From an uncultured Chloroflexia bacterium (GTDB taxonomy: Bacteria; Chloroflexota; Limnocylindria; QHBO01), in the NCBI GenBank assembly GCA_963844415.1, contig CAWJOA010000006.1, positions 354,855 through 418,854 of the forward strand: a stretch of 64,000 bases of DNA, written 5' to 3'. The position numbers and the translations under genes are program-made. This document shows, piece after piece, positions 27,286-36,913 of the stretch (positions are counted from its first letter, which is position 1; each line of letters starts with the position of its first letter). The notes below the pieces were generated by a model. It was not told the DNA's origin, ran no database searches, and saw only the letters and a program-made list of their open reading frames with translations.

Positions 27286-28666
27286 ATGGACCGTTGGCGC
27301 ACGATCATCGAGCCATTCCGGATCAAGAGCGTCGAGCCGATCCGGATGACGACGGTGGCCGAGCGCGAGGCTCACCTGCGTGAGGCCGGCTACAACCTCT
27401 TCAACCTCCATGCCGACGACGTCCTCATCGACCTGCTCACCGATTCGGGCACCGGCGCGATGAGCGCGGAGCAGTGGGCCGGCATCCAGCGTGGCGACGA
27501 GTCCTATGCCGGGTCGCCGTCGTGGTTCCGCTTCCTCGACGCGGTGACCGAGCTCTTCCCGTTTCGCCACGTCATCCCGACGCACCAGGGACGGGCCGCC
27601 GAGAAGATCCTCTTCCACACGGTCGCCGGGCCTGGGAAGGTCGTGCCCTCGAACACGCACTTCGACACAACGCGCGCCAACGTCGAGTTCACCGGCGCCG
27701 AGGCCGTCGACCTCGTCATCGCCGAGGGAGCGGTCACCCTCGGCGATCCATCCATTCAAGGGCAACATGGACACCGATGCGCTCGACGCCCTGATCGGAG
27801 CGCGCGGCGCCGAGAATGTCCCGGTCGTCTTCGTGACGATCACGAACAACTCCGGCGGTGGGCAACCGGTGAGCCTGGCCAACCTGCGCGCCGTGCGCGC
27901 CGTCTGTGACCGATACGGGCTGCCGCTGTTCCTCGACGCCTGCCGCTTCGCGGAGAACGCGTGGTTCATCAAGCAGCGCGAGGACGGCTACGCGGACGCA
28001 TCGGTCCCCGACATCGTGCGTGAGATGGCCTCGCTGGCCGATGGGATGACGATGTCGGGCAAGAAGGACGCCCTCGCCAACATCGGTGGCTGGCTCGCCA
28101 TGAACGATGACGCCTGGGCCGAGGCCTGCCGCAATCTGCTGATCCTGACCGAGGGCTTCCCGACCTACGGCGGCCTCGCCGGGCGTGACCTCGAGGCCAT
28201 GGCCGCCGGGCTGCGCGAGGTGGTGCAGGACGATTACCTGCGCTACCGCGTGCGTTCGACCGCCTATCTCGGCGAGGCGCTGGTCGAGGCCGGGGTGCCG
28301 TGCATCCAGCCGATCGGCGGCCACGCCGTCTATCTCGACGCCGCAGCCCTGCTGCCGCACATCCCGCCGCTCGAGTACCCGGGCCAGGCGCTGGCGTGCG
28401 CCCTCTACCGCGAGGGCGGCATCCGCGGCTGCGAGATCGGCACGGTGATGTTCGGCCGCCATCCAGATGGCTCGGAGACGCCCGCGTCGATGGAGCTCGT
28501 CCGCCTCGCCATCCCGCGCCGGGTCTACACCCAGTCCCACGTCGACTACGTCATCGAGGTCATCCGCGGGGTTGCCGAACGCGCGGGCGAGCTGCGGGGG
28601 ATGCGAATCGTCGAGCAGCCCTCGGTGCTGCGCCATTTCACCGCGCGATTCGAGCCGCTGGCGTGA
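27286..28666 (+). pseudogene. tnaA: tryptophanase / tyrosine phenol-lyase (beta-eliminating lyase, PLP-dependent), single frameshift near 27750-27765
   Basis: N-terminal part (ORF 27286..27909: MDRWRTIIEPFRIKSVEPIRMTTVAEREAHL..LLTDSGTGAMS) and the rest (ORF 27767..28666: ITNNSGGGQPVSLANL..SGKKDALANIGG..FPTYGGLAGRDLEA). Both align colinearly with E. coli TnaA from memory. The PFKGNMD junction is split between frames at ccatccattcaagg. Confidence 0.7.
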
Positions 28667-29505
28667 CGGAGCGCCTCCCGATCGGCGTCTGCCTGCGGAC
28701 CATCGGCTCCGAGCCTGGATGGTGGCTCGAGAGCGCCCGGCGGCTCGAGGCGGGTGGGTATGCGGGGCTCTGGGGCTGGGACCACCTCCAGGGCCAGCGC
28801 GACATGACGGTCCCCGTCGTGGAAGGGTGGACGGCGCTCTCGATGGCCGCCGCCGCGACGACCCGCGTGACGATCGCGCCGTTCGTGCTCAACGTGATGA
28901 ACCGCCATCCGGCGCTCGTCGCTCGGATGGCGTCCACGCTCCAGGCCGCGAGCGGCGGCCGCGTCATCCTCGGCATGGGCATCGGTGGTGCCGAAGTCGA
29001 GCACCGCGCGTACGGGATCGACTTTCCGGCGGCCCCCGAGCGTGTGAGGCGGCTCGAGGAGGCGGTCGCGGTCATTCGCGCGCTGTGGACCGGTGGCCCG
29101 GTGACCCGTCCATCGCCGTTCTACCCGCTCCACGAGGCATGGGCGCACCCGGTCCCCGATCCACGCCCGCCGATCCTCATCGGCGGGCAGACGGTGGCCG
29201 GCGCGCGTCTCGCGGCGCGGATCGGCGATGGCTGGAGTGCCCACGATGACAACTTCGAGGAGAACCTGCCGCGCTACCTCGAGACGCTCGCGGCGGAGGG
29301 CCGTCGACGCGAGGACCAGCTCGTCCTCGTCGGCTTCGAGGGCGACTGGCTGGGCGACGAGCGGTTCCGCGACACGCCGTGGTTCCACGATCCGCGAGGA
29401 TCCTGGGAACGCTGGAAGGCGGCCGGCGCCGATGGAGCGATCGTTCTCGCCCGGACGACAGACGACGTCGACGCGATGATCGAAGCCGTGGACCGCTGGC
29501 CGTAG
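28663..29505 (+). CDS. LLM-class (luciferase-like) F420-dependent oxidoreductase
   Basis: GTG 28663 overlapping the tnaA TGA; C-terminal 280 aa of ORF 28300..29505 (GLWGWDHL...RVILGMGIGGAEVEHRAYGIDF..) is typical LLM TIM-barrel sequence. Confidence 0.7.
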   Translation: MTERLPIGVCLRTIGSEPGWWLESARRLEAGGYAGLWGWDHLQGQRDMTVPVVEGWTALSMAAAATTRVTIAPFVLNVMNRHPALVARMASTLQAASGGRVILGMGIGGAEVEHRAYGIDFPAAPERVRRLEEAVAVIRALWTGGPVTRPSPFYPLHEAWAHPVPDPRPPILIGGQTVAGARLAARIGDGWSAHDDNFEENLPRYLETLAAEGRRREDQLVLVGFEGDWLGDERFRDTPWFHDPRGSWERWKAAGADGAIVLARTTDDVDAMIEAVDRWP

Positions 29506-29508
29506 CCG

Positions 29509-30501
29509 TCAGGTCACGTCGATCGCCGCGACCCACTTGATCCAGTCCAGGCCGCGGCGCTGCGGCGCGACGAGCCGGACGGGCGCGCCGTTCGCGTCGG
29601 GCAGCGGCGATCCGGCAACGTGCGTCGCGAGCAGGGCGTCGTCGAGCTCGCCGCGCTCGAGGTTGACGATCCAGCCGGTGACGGAGCGAACCCTTACAAA
29701 CGGGGCCGACGCATCGGCGCCGGCCGCGTCGAGGACGGCACGCAGCGGCGTGCCCCGCCACGCCGTCGTCATCACCCAGCCCGACGTGCAGTCGAGGGTG
29801 GCATTGCGCTCGACGCTGCCGAGCGACGCCAGGCCGGCGAGGTCGAGGTCGAGCGACCGCTCGACGCGTCCGCCGACGCGCAGCCGCCAGGATGCGAGGT
29901 CCACGGCCGGCGTGCCCTCGCCGTAGAAGGTCGTCGGCGGCGGGATCCCGCCCGACGGCAGCCAGCGGGAGCCGGTGAAGCGGCGCGTGCCGCCCATCAC
30001 GACGTCCAGCACGTTCGACGCTCCCCATGCCACCGCGCCGAGCAGCACGAGCCCACCCGCGGCCAGGAACGTCCGGCGGCTCATTCGCGGGACCCGGGCC
30101 GGTGGACGCAGCAGGCGGAATCGGCGGGGCAGCAGGTGGACGAGCACGACCGGGATGAGCGCCAGCGCGGCCCAGATGTGGAGGGTGAGGATCGTCCATG
30201 GGCCGATCGACAGGATCCGGCCGCTCGCCACCCACGTGAAGCCGCCGGCGAGCGCCGCCGCCACGAGCAGCGCCAGGAGCGCGCCCAGCGCCAGCCGTCG
30301 CCATCGGCGCCTGCGGATCGCCGGCCCGACGCTGCGACGCAGCTTCTCCGCCGCCGCGATGAGCAGCACGCCGCCGACGAGCCCGTGGAACCAGAACAGC
30401 GGCGCCGTCGCCGGGACGCCGGAGCGGAGCGTGAGGAGGCCGCTCGCCAGCTGCGCGACGAGCAGGATCGCCAGCAGCCGGTCGAGCGCGGCGCTGCTCA
30501 T
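29509..30501 (-). CDS. MsrQ-like 4-TM heme-type membrane domain fused to a sulfite-oxidase-family molybdopterin oxidoreductase domain (MsrP/YedY-like) with internal Tat-like RRTFLAAGG motif
   Basis: ORF 29509..30501: N-terminal helices with conserved His (FWFHG, LHIW, VHLL), then SRRTFLAAGGLVLLGAVAWG and the Mo-domain motifs LDCTSGW...WRGTPLRAVL...APQRRGLDWIKWV. Confidence 0.6.
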   Translation of the reverse strand: MSSAALDRLLAILLVAQLASGLLTLRSGVPATAPLFWFHGLVGGVLLIAAAEKLRRSVGPAIRRRRWRRLALGALLALLVAAALAGGFTWVASGRILSIGPWTILTLHIWAALALIPVVLVHLLPRRFRLLRPPARVPRMSRRTFLAAGGLVLLGAVAWGASNVLDVVMGGTRRFTGSRWLPSGGIPPPTTFYGEGTPAVDLASWRLRVGGRVERSLDLDLAGLASLGSVERNATLDCTSGWVMTTAWRGTPLRAVLDAAGADASAPFVRVRSVTGWIVNLERGELDDALLATHVAGSPLPDANGAPVRLVAPQRRGLDWIKWVAAIDVT

Positions 30502-30563
30502 CGGTCCACGCTACGCCCGCCTCGGTCGCTCGGCAATCGAGGCACCTCCGCTACGATCGCCCG

Positions 30564-32141
30564 GTGAGCCAGCGAACGGCCGTCCTGATCGCCGCGATCC
30601 TCGGATCGGCCATCGTCTTCCTGGACGCGACGATCGTGAACGTCGCCCTCGAGACGATCGGGCGCGAGCTGCCGGCCACCTTCGTCGCGCGGCTCGAAGG
30701 GCTGACGTACGTCAACAGCGCCTACTTCGCGGTGCTCGCCGCGCTGCTGATCCTGGCCGGCGCGATCAGCGACTACTACGGGCGGCGGCGGGTGTTCCGC
30801 ATCGGCCTCATCGGCTTCGGCGCGGCCTCGGTCGCCTGCGGCCTGGCCCCGACGCTGGACGTGCTCATCCTCGCGCGGATCCTCCAGGGCGCCTTCGGCG
30901 CGATCCTCGTCCCGGGCAGCCTGGCGATCATCACCGCGGCGTTCGAGGGGGAGGAGCGCGGCCGCGCCATCGGTCTCTGGGCGGCCGGCACGTCGGCGAC
31001 CTCGATCATCGGTCCGCTGCTCGGCGGCGTGCTCGTCCAGGGGCTGACCTGGCGTCTCGCGTTCCTCATCAACGTGCCGCTCGTCCTCTTCGCGCTGTGG
31101 GCGACGACACGGGTCCCGGAGAGCCGCGACACCGAGGCCACCGGCGACTTCGACTGGCTCGGCGCCGCCGTCATCGCGATCGGCGTCGGCGGGCTCGCCT
31201 TCGGCGCGACGCGCGGCCAGGAGCAGAACTGGCAGGACCCGCTCGCGTGGGCCGCGCTCGTCATCGGCTTCGCGGCGGTCGTCGCCGTGCCGATCCTCAT
31301 GCTGACCCGCCCGCGGCCGCTCATCCCGCCCTCGCTCTTCAGGTCGCGCAACTTCACGATCGTCAACCTGTCGACGTTCCTGATCTACGGCGCGCTGTAC
31401 GTGTCGTTCGCGTTCGAGGGCCTCTTCTTCCAGGGAACGCTCGGCTACACGCCGCTCGCGGCCGGTGCCGCCGGCCTGCCGATCGCGATCCTGCTCACGA
31501 CGCTGTCGACGCCGGCGGGAGCGCTATCGGCGCGGATCGGTCCGCGCGTGTTCATGGCCGTCGGTCCGGCGATCATGGCCGTCGGCCTGCTGTGGCTGGC
31601 ACGGATTCCACCCGACTCCGAGGCGTGGGCCGCAGACCTCGGCGATCCGTCGTCGCTCGTGCCGCCGTTCGCGACGTTCGTCGACGTCATCCTGCCACTC
31701 GTCGTCTTCGGCCTCGGCATCGCGCTGCTTGTCGCGCCCCTGACGACGGCCCTCATGAGCTCGGTTCCGGTGCGCAACGCGGGGCTCGGCTCGGCGATCA
31801 ACAACGCGGTCAGCCGGGCCGGCTCGCCGCTCGTCAGTGCGGTGCTGTTCATCGCGATCACCGCGACGTTCTACCCGTCGCTGGCGAGCCTGGTCCCGGG
31901 CGTCGACGTGAACGACCCCGCCCTGCGCGAGCAGGTTCAGCCGCTCACCAGCGTGCCCGACGAGGTCGATCCCGAGATCGCAGCCGCGGCGACGCAGGCA
32001 AGTACCGATGCCTTCCGCCTCGCGATGATCGTGTCCGCCGTCCTCCTGCTGGCCGGCGCGGCGATCAACGGACTCGGGATCCGCAACCCCTCGGCCCAGG
32101 AGCTGAAGGCCGCCGCCGAGGCGCCTGTCTCGTCGGGGTAG
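30564..32141 (+). CDS. MFS transporter, DHA2 (14-TM drug:H+ antiporter, EmrB/QacA) family
   Basis: ORF 30564..32141, 14 hydrophobic segments, motif A-like GAISDYYGRRRVF. Confidence 0.8.
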   Translation: MSQRTAVLIAAILGSAIVFLDATIVNVALETIGRELPATFVARLEGLTYVNSAYFAVLAALLILAGAISDYYGRRRVFRIGLIGFGAASVACGLAPTLDVLILARILQGAFGAILVPGSLAIITAAFEGEERGRAIGLWAAGTSATSIIGPLLGGVLVQGLTWRLAFLINVPLVLFALWATTRVPESRDTEATGDFDWLGAAVIAIGVGGLAFGATRGQEQNWQDPLAWAALVIGFAAVVAVPILMLTRPRPLIPPSLFRSRNFTIVNLSTFLIYGALYVSFAFEGLFFQGTLGYTPLAAGAAGLPIAILLTTLSTPAGALSARIGPRVFMAVGPAIMAVGLLWLARIPPDSEAWAADLGDPSSLVPPFATFVDVILPLVVFGLGIALLVAPLTTALMSSVPVRNAGLGSAINNAVSRAGSPLVSAVLFIAITATFYPSLASLVPGVDVNDPALREQVQPLTSVPDEVDPEIAAAATQASTDAFRLAMIVSAVLLLAGAAINGLGIRNPSAQELKAAAEAPVSSG

Positions 32142-32145
32142 TGCT

Positions 32146-33366
32146 TCAGAAGACCTTCGGGCACCACGGTGGGCGCTCGGTCCGAAAGAGCGCATCGGCC
32201 CGGGCGATCGCGCCGGGGTCGAGCTCGCGCACGCGGCCGGCATCGGCGAGCTGGCGGAAGCCGAAGGCGCCGAGATATACCGCGCCGATGTCGGTGATGT
32301 CACAGGCCAGGCCGGCGGCATCGCTCGTCGGCTGAACGATGGGCACGCCGTTCTCGACGGAAAGCTCCCAGACGCCGTCGTTCCACTCGCAGAACTCGTC
32401 GGCAACCTCGAAGACGATGCGGCCGTCGGCCGCGTAGCGTCGACCGGCCAGCGCTGGTGCCACGTCCACGATCCGGGTCCACAAGGCGTCGCCGACGTCC
32501 GCCCGCAGCCGGCGCGGCTCGGCCAGGTTGAGCAGGAGCGGATCGTCGACGGCCAGGTTCCACGTCTCGATGCGGGCCATCAGGTCGATGTCGATGAGGA
32601 AGCGCCACAGATCGAGGTGCGCCGATGGGTTCGTCGCCATCAGCTCGACCACCACGACCGCCGACTTCGACCCGGCGGTCTCCCAGTCGTCCCGGATCCG
32701 GTACCGGGCGTAGCCGTCGGCGGCACCGGCGACCTCGTGGACGACGTGGAAGGCGGCGCTCGCGCCGCGGCGCCAGTGCTCGGGGTCGGGGAAGAACTCG
32801 GAGTCCCAGAAGGCGGGCGAGCGATCGAAGAAGCCCGGTCGGAGGGGCCGGATCGCGTCGTAGACGGGTGGGATGAGGCGCTTGGCCTCGTCGAGCTCGA
32901 CGAACCGGACCGTGCCGGCCGGCGAGTGCGGCAGCCGGAACGTTCCCCGTTCGCGCTCGAGGTTGATACCCATCCGCAGCGTGCCGAGGCCGTATCCGAA
33001 TCGCTGGTAGATGCCTCCCTCCGACGCCCAGAGGATCGCCAGGGGCTCGCCGCGCTGGTGGATGGCGTCGAGCTGGAGCCGCATCATCCGGCGCAGGACC
33101 CCTCGCCGTCGGTGCGTCGGCTGCACGCCGACGAACGTCACGCCCGCCGCCGGGAGCACGCCACCGGGGATCGTGAGCTCGAAGCTGAAGATGCCCGCGG
33201 TGCCGACCACGCGGTTACCGTCGTAGGCGGCGATGGCGCGGTCGGCCTCGAACGGCTTCGCCCAGTTCGCGATCTCCTCGTCGCGAGGCCGCTCGCCGAA
33301 GGCCAGGCCGCCGGCCTCGAAGAACTCCCGTGGCTCGCCCTCGAAGGCGCGGACGTCGATTTCCAT
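32146..33366 (-). CDS. GNAT N-acetyltransferase of the Eis (enhanced intracellular survival) type with C-terminal SCP2-like domain
   Basis: From ATG 33366 (MEIDVRAFEGEPREFF..): VGTAGIFSFELTIPGG...VQPTHRRRGVLRRMM (acetyl-CoA P-loop-like Q/RxxGxG/A), three-domain Eis layout. Confidence 0.7.
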   Translation of the reverse strand: MEIDVRAFEGEPREFFEAGGLAFGERPRDEEIANWAKPFEADRAIAAYDGNRVVGTAGIFSFELTIPGGVLPAAGVTFVGVQPTHRRRGVLRRMMRLQLDAIHQRGEPLAILWASEGGIYQRFGYGLGTLRMGINLERERGTFRLPHSPAGTVRFVELDEAKRLIPPVYDAIRPLRPGFFDRSPAFWDSEFFPDPEHWRRGASAAFHVVHEVAGAADGYARYRIRDDWETAGSKSAVVVVELMATNPSAHLDLWRFLIDIDLMARIETWNLAVDDPLLLNLAEPRRLRADVGDALWTRIVDVAPALAGRRYAADGRIVFEVADEFCEWNDGVWELSVENGVPIVQPTSDAAGLACDITDIGAVYLGAFGFRQLADAGRVRELDPGAIARADALFRTERPPWCPKVF

Positions 33367-33406
33367 GCGCGGATTATGGCGCGGGACCTGCTCTATGCTT
33401 CGGCCG

Positions 33407-34162
33407 ATGTTCCCGATCGGCGACGAGAACGAGCGGGGCCACGGGCCTGCCTTCGTCAGCCTGGCGATCATCGGCCTCAACGTCGCGGTCTTCGTGCTGC
33501 TCCAGGACGCCGGCGCCAGCCAGGCGGGCGCAGAGTTCACCTACGGCTACAGCGCGGTCCCGTTCGAGATCGTCAACCAGGTCGACCTGACCACGCCACA
33601 GCCGATCCTGGTCGACGGCCAGACGGTGCCCGTGCCGCAGGAGCCCGGGCCGAGCCCGATCTGGCTGACGCTGTTCACGAGCATGTTCATGCACGGCGGC
33701 TGGCTGCACCTCGCCGGCAACATGCTCTTCCTGTGGGTCTTCGGCGACAACGTCGAGCACCGCATCGGCCACGGGCTGTTCGTTGCCTTCTACCTGCTCG
33801 TCGGGCTGGTCGCCACCGTCGCGCAGATTCTCGTCAACCCCGAGTCGGTCATCCCCACCCTCGGCGCCTCGGGCGCGATCTCCGGGGTGCTCGGCGCGTA
33901 CTTCGTCATGTTCCCGACCAACCGCGTGAACGTCTTCCTCTTTCGCGGCGTCGTGCCGGTGCCGGCGATCGTCGCCATCGGCATGTGGGCCGTCCTCCAG
34001 GTCCTCGCGGGCTTCGGCGACCTGAGCGGCGAGGCCGGGGGCGTCGCGTACGCCGCGCACATCGGCGGCTTCCTGGGCGGTGCCGCGGCGGGCCTCCTCT
34101 TCCGCGCGATCTTCCACGAGCCGCGCCGTCCGCGGGGCATGCCGGCCTCGGCGTACGGATGA
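33407..34162 (+). CDS. rhomboid-family intramembrane serine protease
   Basis: From ATG 33407: MHGGWLHLAGNMLFLWVFG, GASGAISGVLGAY (GxSG), AHIGGFLGG (catalytic His). Confidence 0.8.
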   Translation: MFPIGDENERGHGPAFVSLAIIGLNVAVFVLLQDAGASQAGAEFTYGYSAVPFEIVNQVDLTTPQPILVDGQTVPVPQEPGPSPIWLTLFTSMFMHGGWLHLAGNMLFLWVFGDNVEHRIGHGLFVAFYLLVGLVATVAQILVNPESVIPTLGASGAISGVLGAYFVMFPTNRVNVFLFRGVVPVPAIVAIGMWAVLQVLAGFGDLSGEAGGVAYAAHIGGFLGGAAAGLLFRAIFHEPRRPRGMPASAYG

Positions 34163-34980
34163 GCGCCGCGGTCGGCGAGGCCGCCGGGCTGTTCGGTCCC
34201 GGCAGCGTCGCGTGGCGCGTCGATCGCGAGGTGATCGTCCTCGCCGGGGGTTCCTGCGCGCTGCTCATGCAGGCGGCGCATCCGGTGGTCGCGGCGGGCG
34301 TCGTCCAGCACTCGACGTACGCGACCGATCCGTTCGGACGCCTCCGGCGCACCCTGACCAGCAGCTTCGACGTCGTCTTCGGTACTCGCTCGCGGGCCGA
34401 TGCCGCCATCCGTCGCGTGAATGCCATCCACGCCGCGGTCCGCGGTCGGCTCCCCGACGGCGCGTCGTACACAGCCCGCGATCCGGAGGCGCTGCTGTGG
34501 GTGCATGCCACGCTGATCGACACCGCGCTGCGCATCTACTCGCGGTTCGTTCGGCCCCTCTCGCCCGCCGAGGAGCGCGAGTACCTGCTGGAGGCCTCGG
34601 AGGTCGCCAGGCGGCTCGGCGTCCTGCCTGCAGACCTTCCCGAGGACGTGCCGGAGCTGCGCGGGTGGATGGCGGGGATGGTCGACGACGGCCGCGTGCG
34701 GGTCACGCCGGCCGCGCGGCAGGTCGCCCGCACGGTCCTCTACCCGAGCCGCCTCGTGCCGCGCGTGGCCTGGGACGCCGCGCACCTCATCTCGCTCGCC
34801 ACCCTGCCCGATCCTGTGCGCCGCCAGTACGGGATCGGCTGGTCCGAGGGGCGGGAGCGCGGCGTCGAGCGACTCGCCGCCGTCACCAGGCGAGCGCTCC
34901 CGCTCGTCCCGGCACCGCTGCGCTTCGTGCCGCACGCACGGACCGCGGAGCGCCGCGTGCGCAACGCTCGATGCGGCTGA
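34159..34980 (+). CDS. DUF2236 / MpaB-family (ER-bound oxygenase-like, latex-clearing-protein-related) protein
   Basis: ATG 34159 overlaps the rhomboid stop (ATGA); GPGSVAWRVDREVIVLAGGSCALLMQAAHPVVAAGV...TLIDTALRIYSRF matches the DUF2236 fold. Confidence 0.55.
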   Translation: MSAAVGEAAGLFGPGSVAWRVDREVIVLAGGSCALLMQAAHPVVAAGVVQHSTYATDPFGRLRRTLTSSFDVVFGTRSRADAAIRRVNAIHAAVRGRLPDGASYTARDPEALLWVHATLIDTALRIYSRFVRPLSPAEEREYLLEASEVARRLGVLPADLPEDVPELRGWMAGMVDDGRVRVTPAARQVARTVLYPSRLVPRVAWDAAHLISLATLPDPVRRQYGIGWSEGRERGVERLAAVTRRALPLVPAPLRFVPHARTAERRVRNARCG

Positions 34981-34996
34981 TCAGCCGATCGGTGCG

Positions 34997-36913
34997 GTGG
35001 GATTGATGACCTGGGGGAGCCGCCCACGCCGCATCGGCCGATCGTACTCGCGCGGCTATGATGGGCGGCGCCCGCTCGGCATCGGCCCCAGCCGCAGCGG
35101 CCTCGAGGGAATTCCGACGTTGACCCGATTCGCCAAGCTCGCGGTTGCGGCTGCCGTCGCGACCTTCGTCCTCATCGCCGTAGGCGGCCTCGTGCGCGCC
35201 ACCGACTCGGGGCTCGGCTGCCCGGACTGGCCGCTGTGCTTCGGCGACTGGTTGCCGCCGGCCGATCTCCACGCCTGGATCGAGCACAGCCATCGGCTGA
35301 TTGCGGCCGCCTTCGTCGGCCCGCTCGTCGCGGCGGTGGGCCTCGTCACTGTCTTCAGCGACCGGCGTCGTGACCACCCCCTCCTTGCCGCCGCGGTCAT
35401 TGCCGGCGTGCTCGTCATCGTCCAGTCCGCGCTGGGCGCCGCGGTCGTGCTCGAGCAGCTCCAGGCCGAGCTCGTCACCGCCCACCTTGCGATGGCCCTC
35501 ACTGTCTTGGCGGCGGTCATCTTCATCGCCGAGCGCGCCGCGAACGGACCGATGCCGGCCGCACACGCGCGTCCCGTGCTGACCCGCCTCGTCGCCGTCA
35601 CCGCGGTCGCGCTCTTCGCCCAGATGCTGCTCGGATCGTGGGTCACCGGCCAGGGTGCCGGGCTGGCCTACGCCGACGTCCCGCTGATGGACGGCGCGTT
35701 CGTCCCGGCCATCTCCACCGACACGCAGGCGATCCACGCCGCCCACCGCGGGCTGAGCGTGGTCGTCGCGATCCTCGTGGCGTGGACCGCGGTCGCCATC
35801 CACCGCTCGACCGACGCGCCGGGCCCGAGGCGCCTCGCGATCATCCTCGCCGCGCTCGTGGTGGTGCAGATCGTGCTCGGCCTGCTGAACGTGGCGTCAC
35901 GGCTGTCCGCCCTCTTCGTCGTCCCGCACCTGGCAACCGGCGCCGCCCTGTGGGGCGCATCGGTCTGGCTGCTCCTGACGGCCCGCCGCCTGCGCCCGGC
36001 CGAGCTGCGCGTGACAGCCGCCAAGGCCGAGCCCGGACCGATGGGCACCGTGCGCTCCTACATCGCGCTCACGAAGCCGCGGATCATCGAGCTGCTGCTG
36101 GTGACGACGATCCCGACGATGGTCCTCGCGGCCGGCGGCCTGCCGTCGCCGTGGCTGATGGCCGCGGTGATCCTGGGCGGCACGCTCGCGGCCGGCGGGG
36201 CGAACGCGATCAACATGTACGTCGACCGCGATATCGACGACCTCATGCGCCGCACGCGCCACCGGCCACTGCCGCGCCACGCCGTCCAGCCGCGGGCCGC
36301 GCTCGCGTTCGGCATCGGTCTCAGCGTCGCCGCCTTCGTCTGGCTGGCGCTGACCGTGAACCTGCTGAGTGCCGTGCTCGCGCTCTCGGCGACCGCGTTC
36401 TACATCTTCGTGTACACGCTCTGGCTGAAGCGGAGCACGCCGCAGAACATCGTGATCGGCGGCGCGGCCGGGTGCGTGCCGGTGCTCGTGGCGTGGGCAT
36501 CGGTCACCGGCGAGGTCGGCCTGCCGGCGCTCGTGCTGTTCGCGATCGTCTTCTATTGGACGCCGCCGCACTTCTGGGCGCTCGCGCTGCGCTACCGCGG
36601 GGACTACGCCGCGGCGAAGGTGCCGATGCTCCCCGTCGTGCGCGGCGAGGCGGAGACCGCGCGGCAGATCGTGCTCTACACGATCGCCCTCGTGGCGGTC
36701 AGCCTCCTGCTCTTCCCGGCGGCGGGGATGGGGTGGATCTATCTCGCGGCAGCGGTCGTGCTCGGCGTGCTGTTCCTGTGGCGCGCGCTGCGGTTGCGGG
36801 CCGATGCCGCCAGCGGGCGCGCCGCGATCGGCCTCTTCCGCTACTCGATCAGCTACCTGACCCTGCTCTTCGCCGCCGTCGCCGTCGACGCGCTCGTCTA
36901 CCTGCCGGTCTGA
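34997..36913 (+). CDS. ctaA-ctaB: heme A synthase (CtaA/Cox15)-heme O synthase (protoheme IX farnesyltransferase CtaB/CyoE) fusion; exact start uncertain (GTG 34997 / TTG about 35120)
   Basis: N half: LIAVGGLVRATDSGLGCPDWPLCFGDW, conserved His (EHSHRLIA, HAAHRGL). C half: YIALTKPRIIELLLVTT...NMYVDRDIDDLMRRTRHRPLP...WTPPHFWALAL (CtaB motifs). One continuous 638-codon ORF. Confidence 0.8.
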   Translation: MGLMTWGSRPRRIGRSYSRGYDGRRPLGIGPSRSGLEGIPTLTRFAKLAVAAAVATFVLIAVGGLVRATDSGLGCPDWPLCFGDWLPPADLHAWIEHSHRLIAAAFVGPLVAAVGLVTVFSDRRRDHPLLAAAVIAGVLVIVQSALGAAVVLEQLQAELVTAHLAMALTVLAAVIFIAERAANGPMPAAHARPVLTRLVAVTAVALFAQMLLGSWVTGQGAGLAYADVPLMDGAFVPAISTDTQAIHAAHRGLSVVVAILVAWTAVAIHRSTDAPGPRRLAIILAALVVVQIVLGLLNVASRLSALFVVPHLATGAALWGASVWLLLTARRLRPAELRVTAAKAEPGPMGTVRSYIALTKPRIIELLLVTTIPTMVLAAGGLPSPWLMAAVILGGTLAAGGANAINMYVDRDIDDLMRRTRHRPLPRHAVQPRAALAFGIGLSVAAFVWLALTVNLLSAVLALSATAFYIFVYTLWLKRSTPQNIVIGGAAGCVPVLVAWASVTGEVGLPALVLFAIVFYWTPPHFWALALRYRGDYAAAKVPMLPVVRGEAETARQIVLYTIALVAVSLLLFPAAGMGWIYLAAAVVLGVLFLWRALRLRADAASGRAAIGLFRYSISYLTLLFAAVAVDALVYLPV

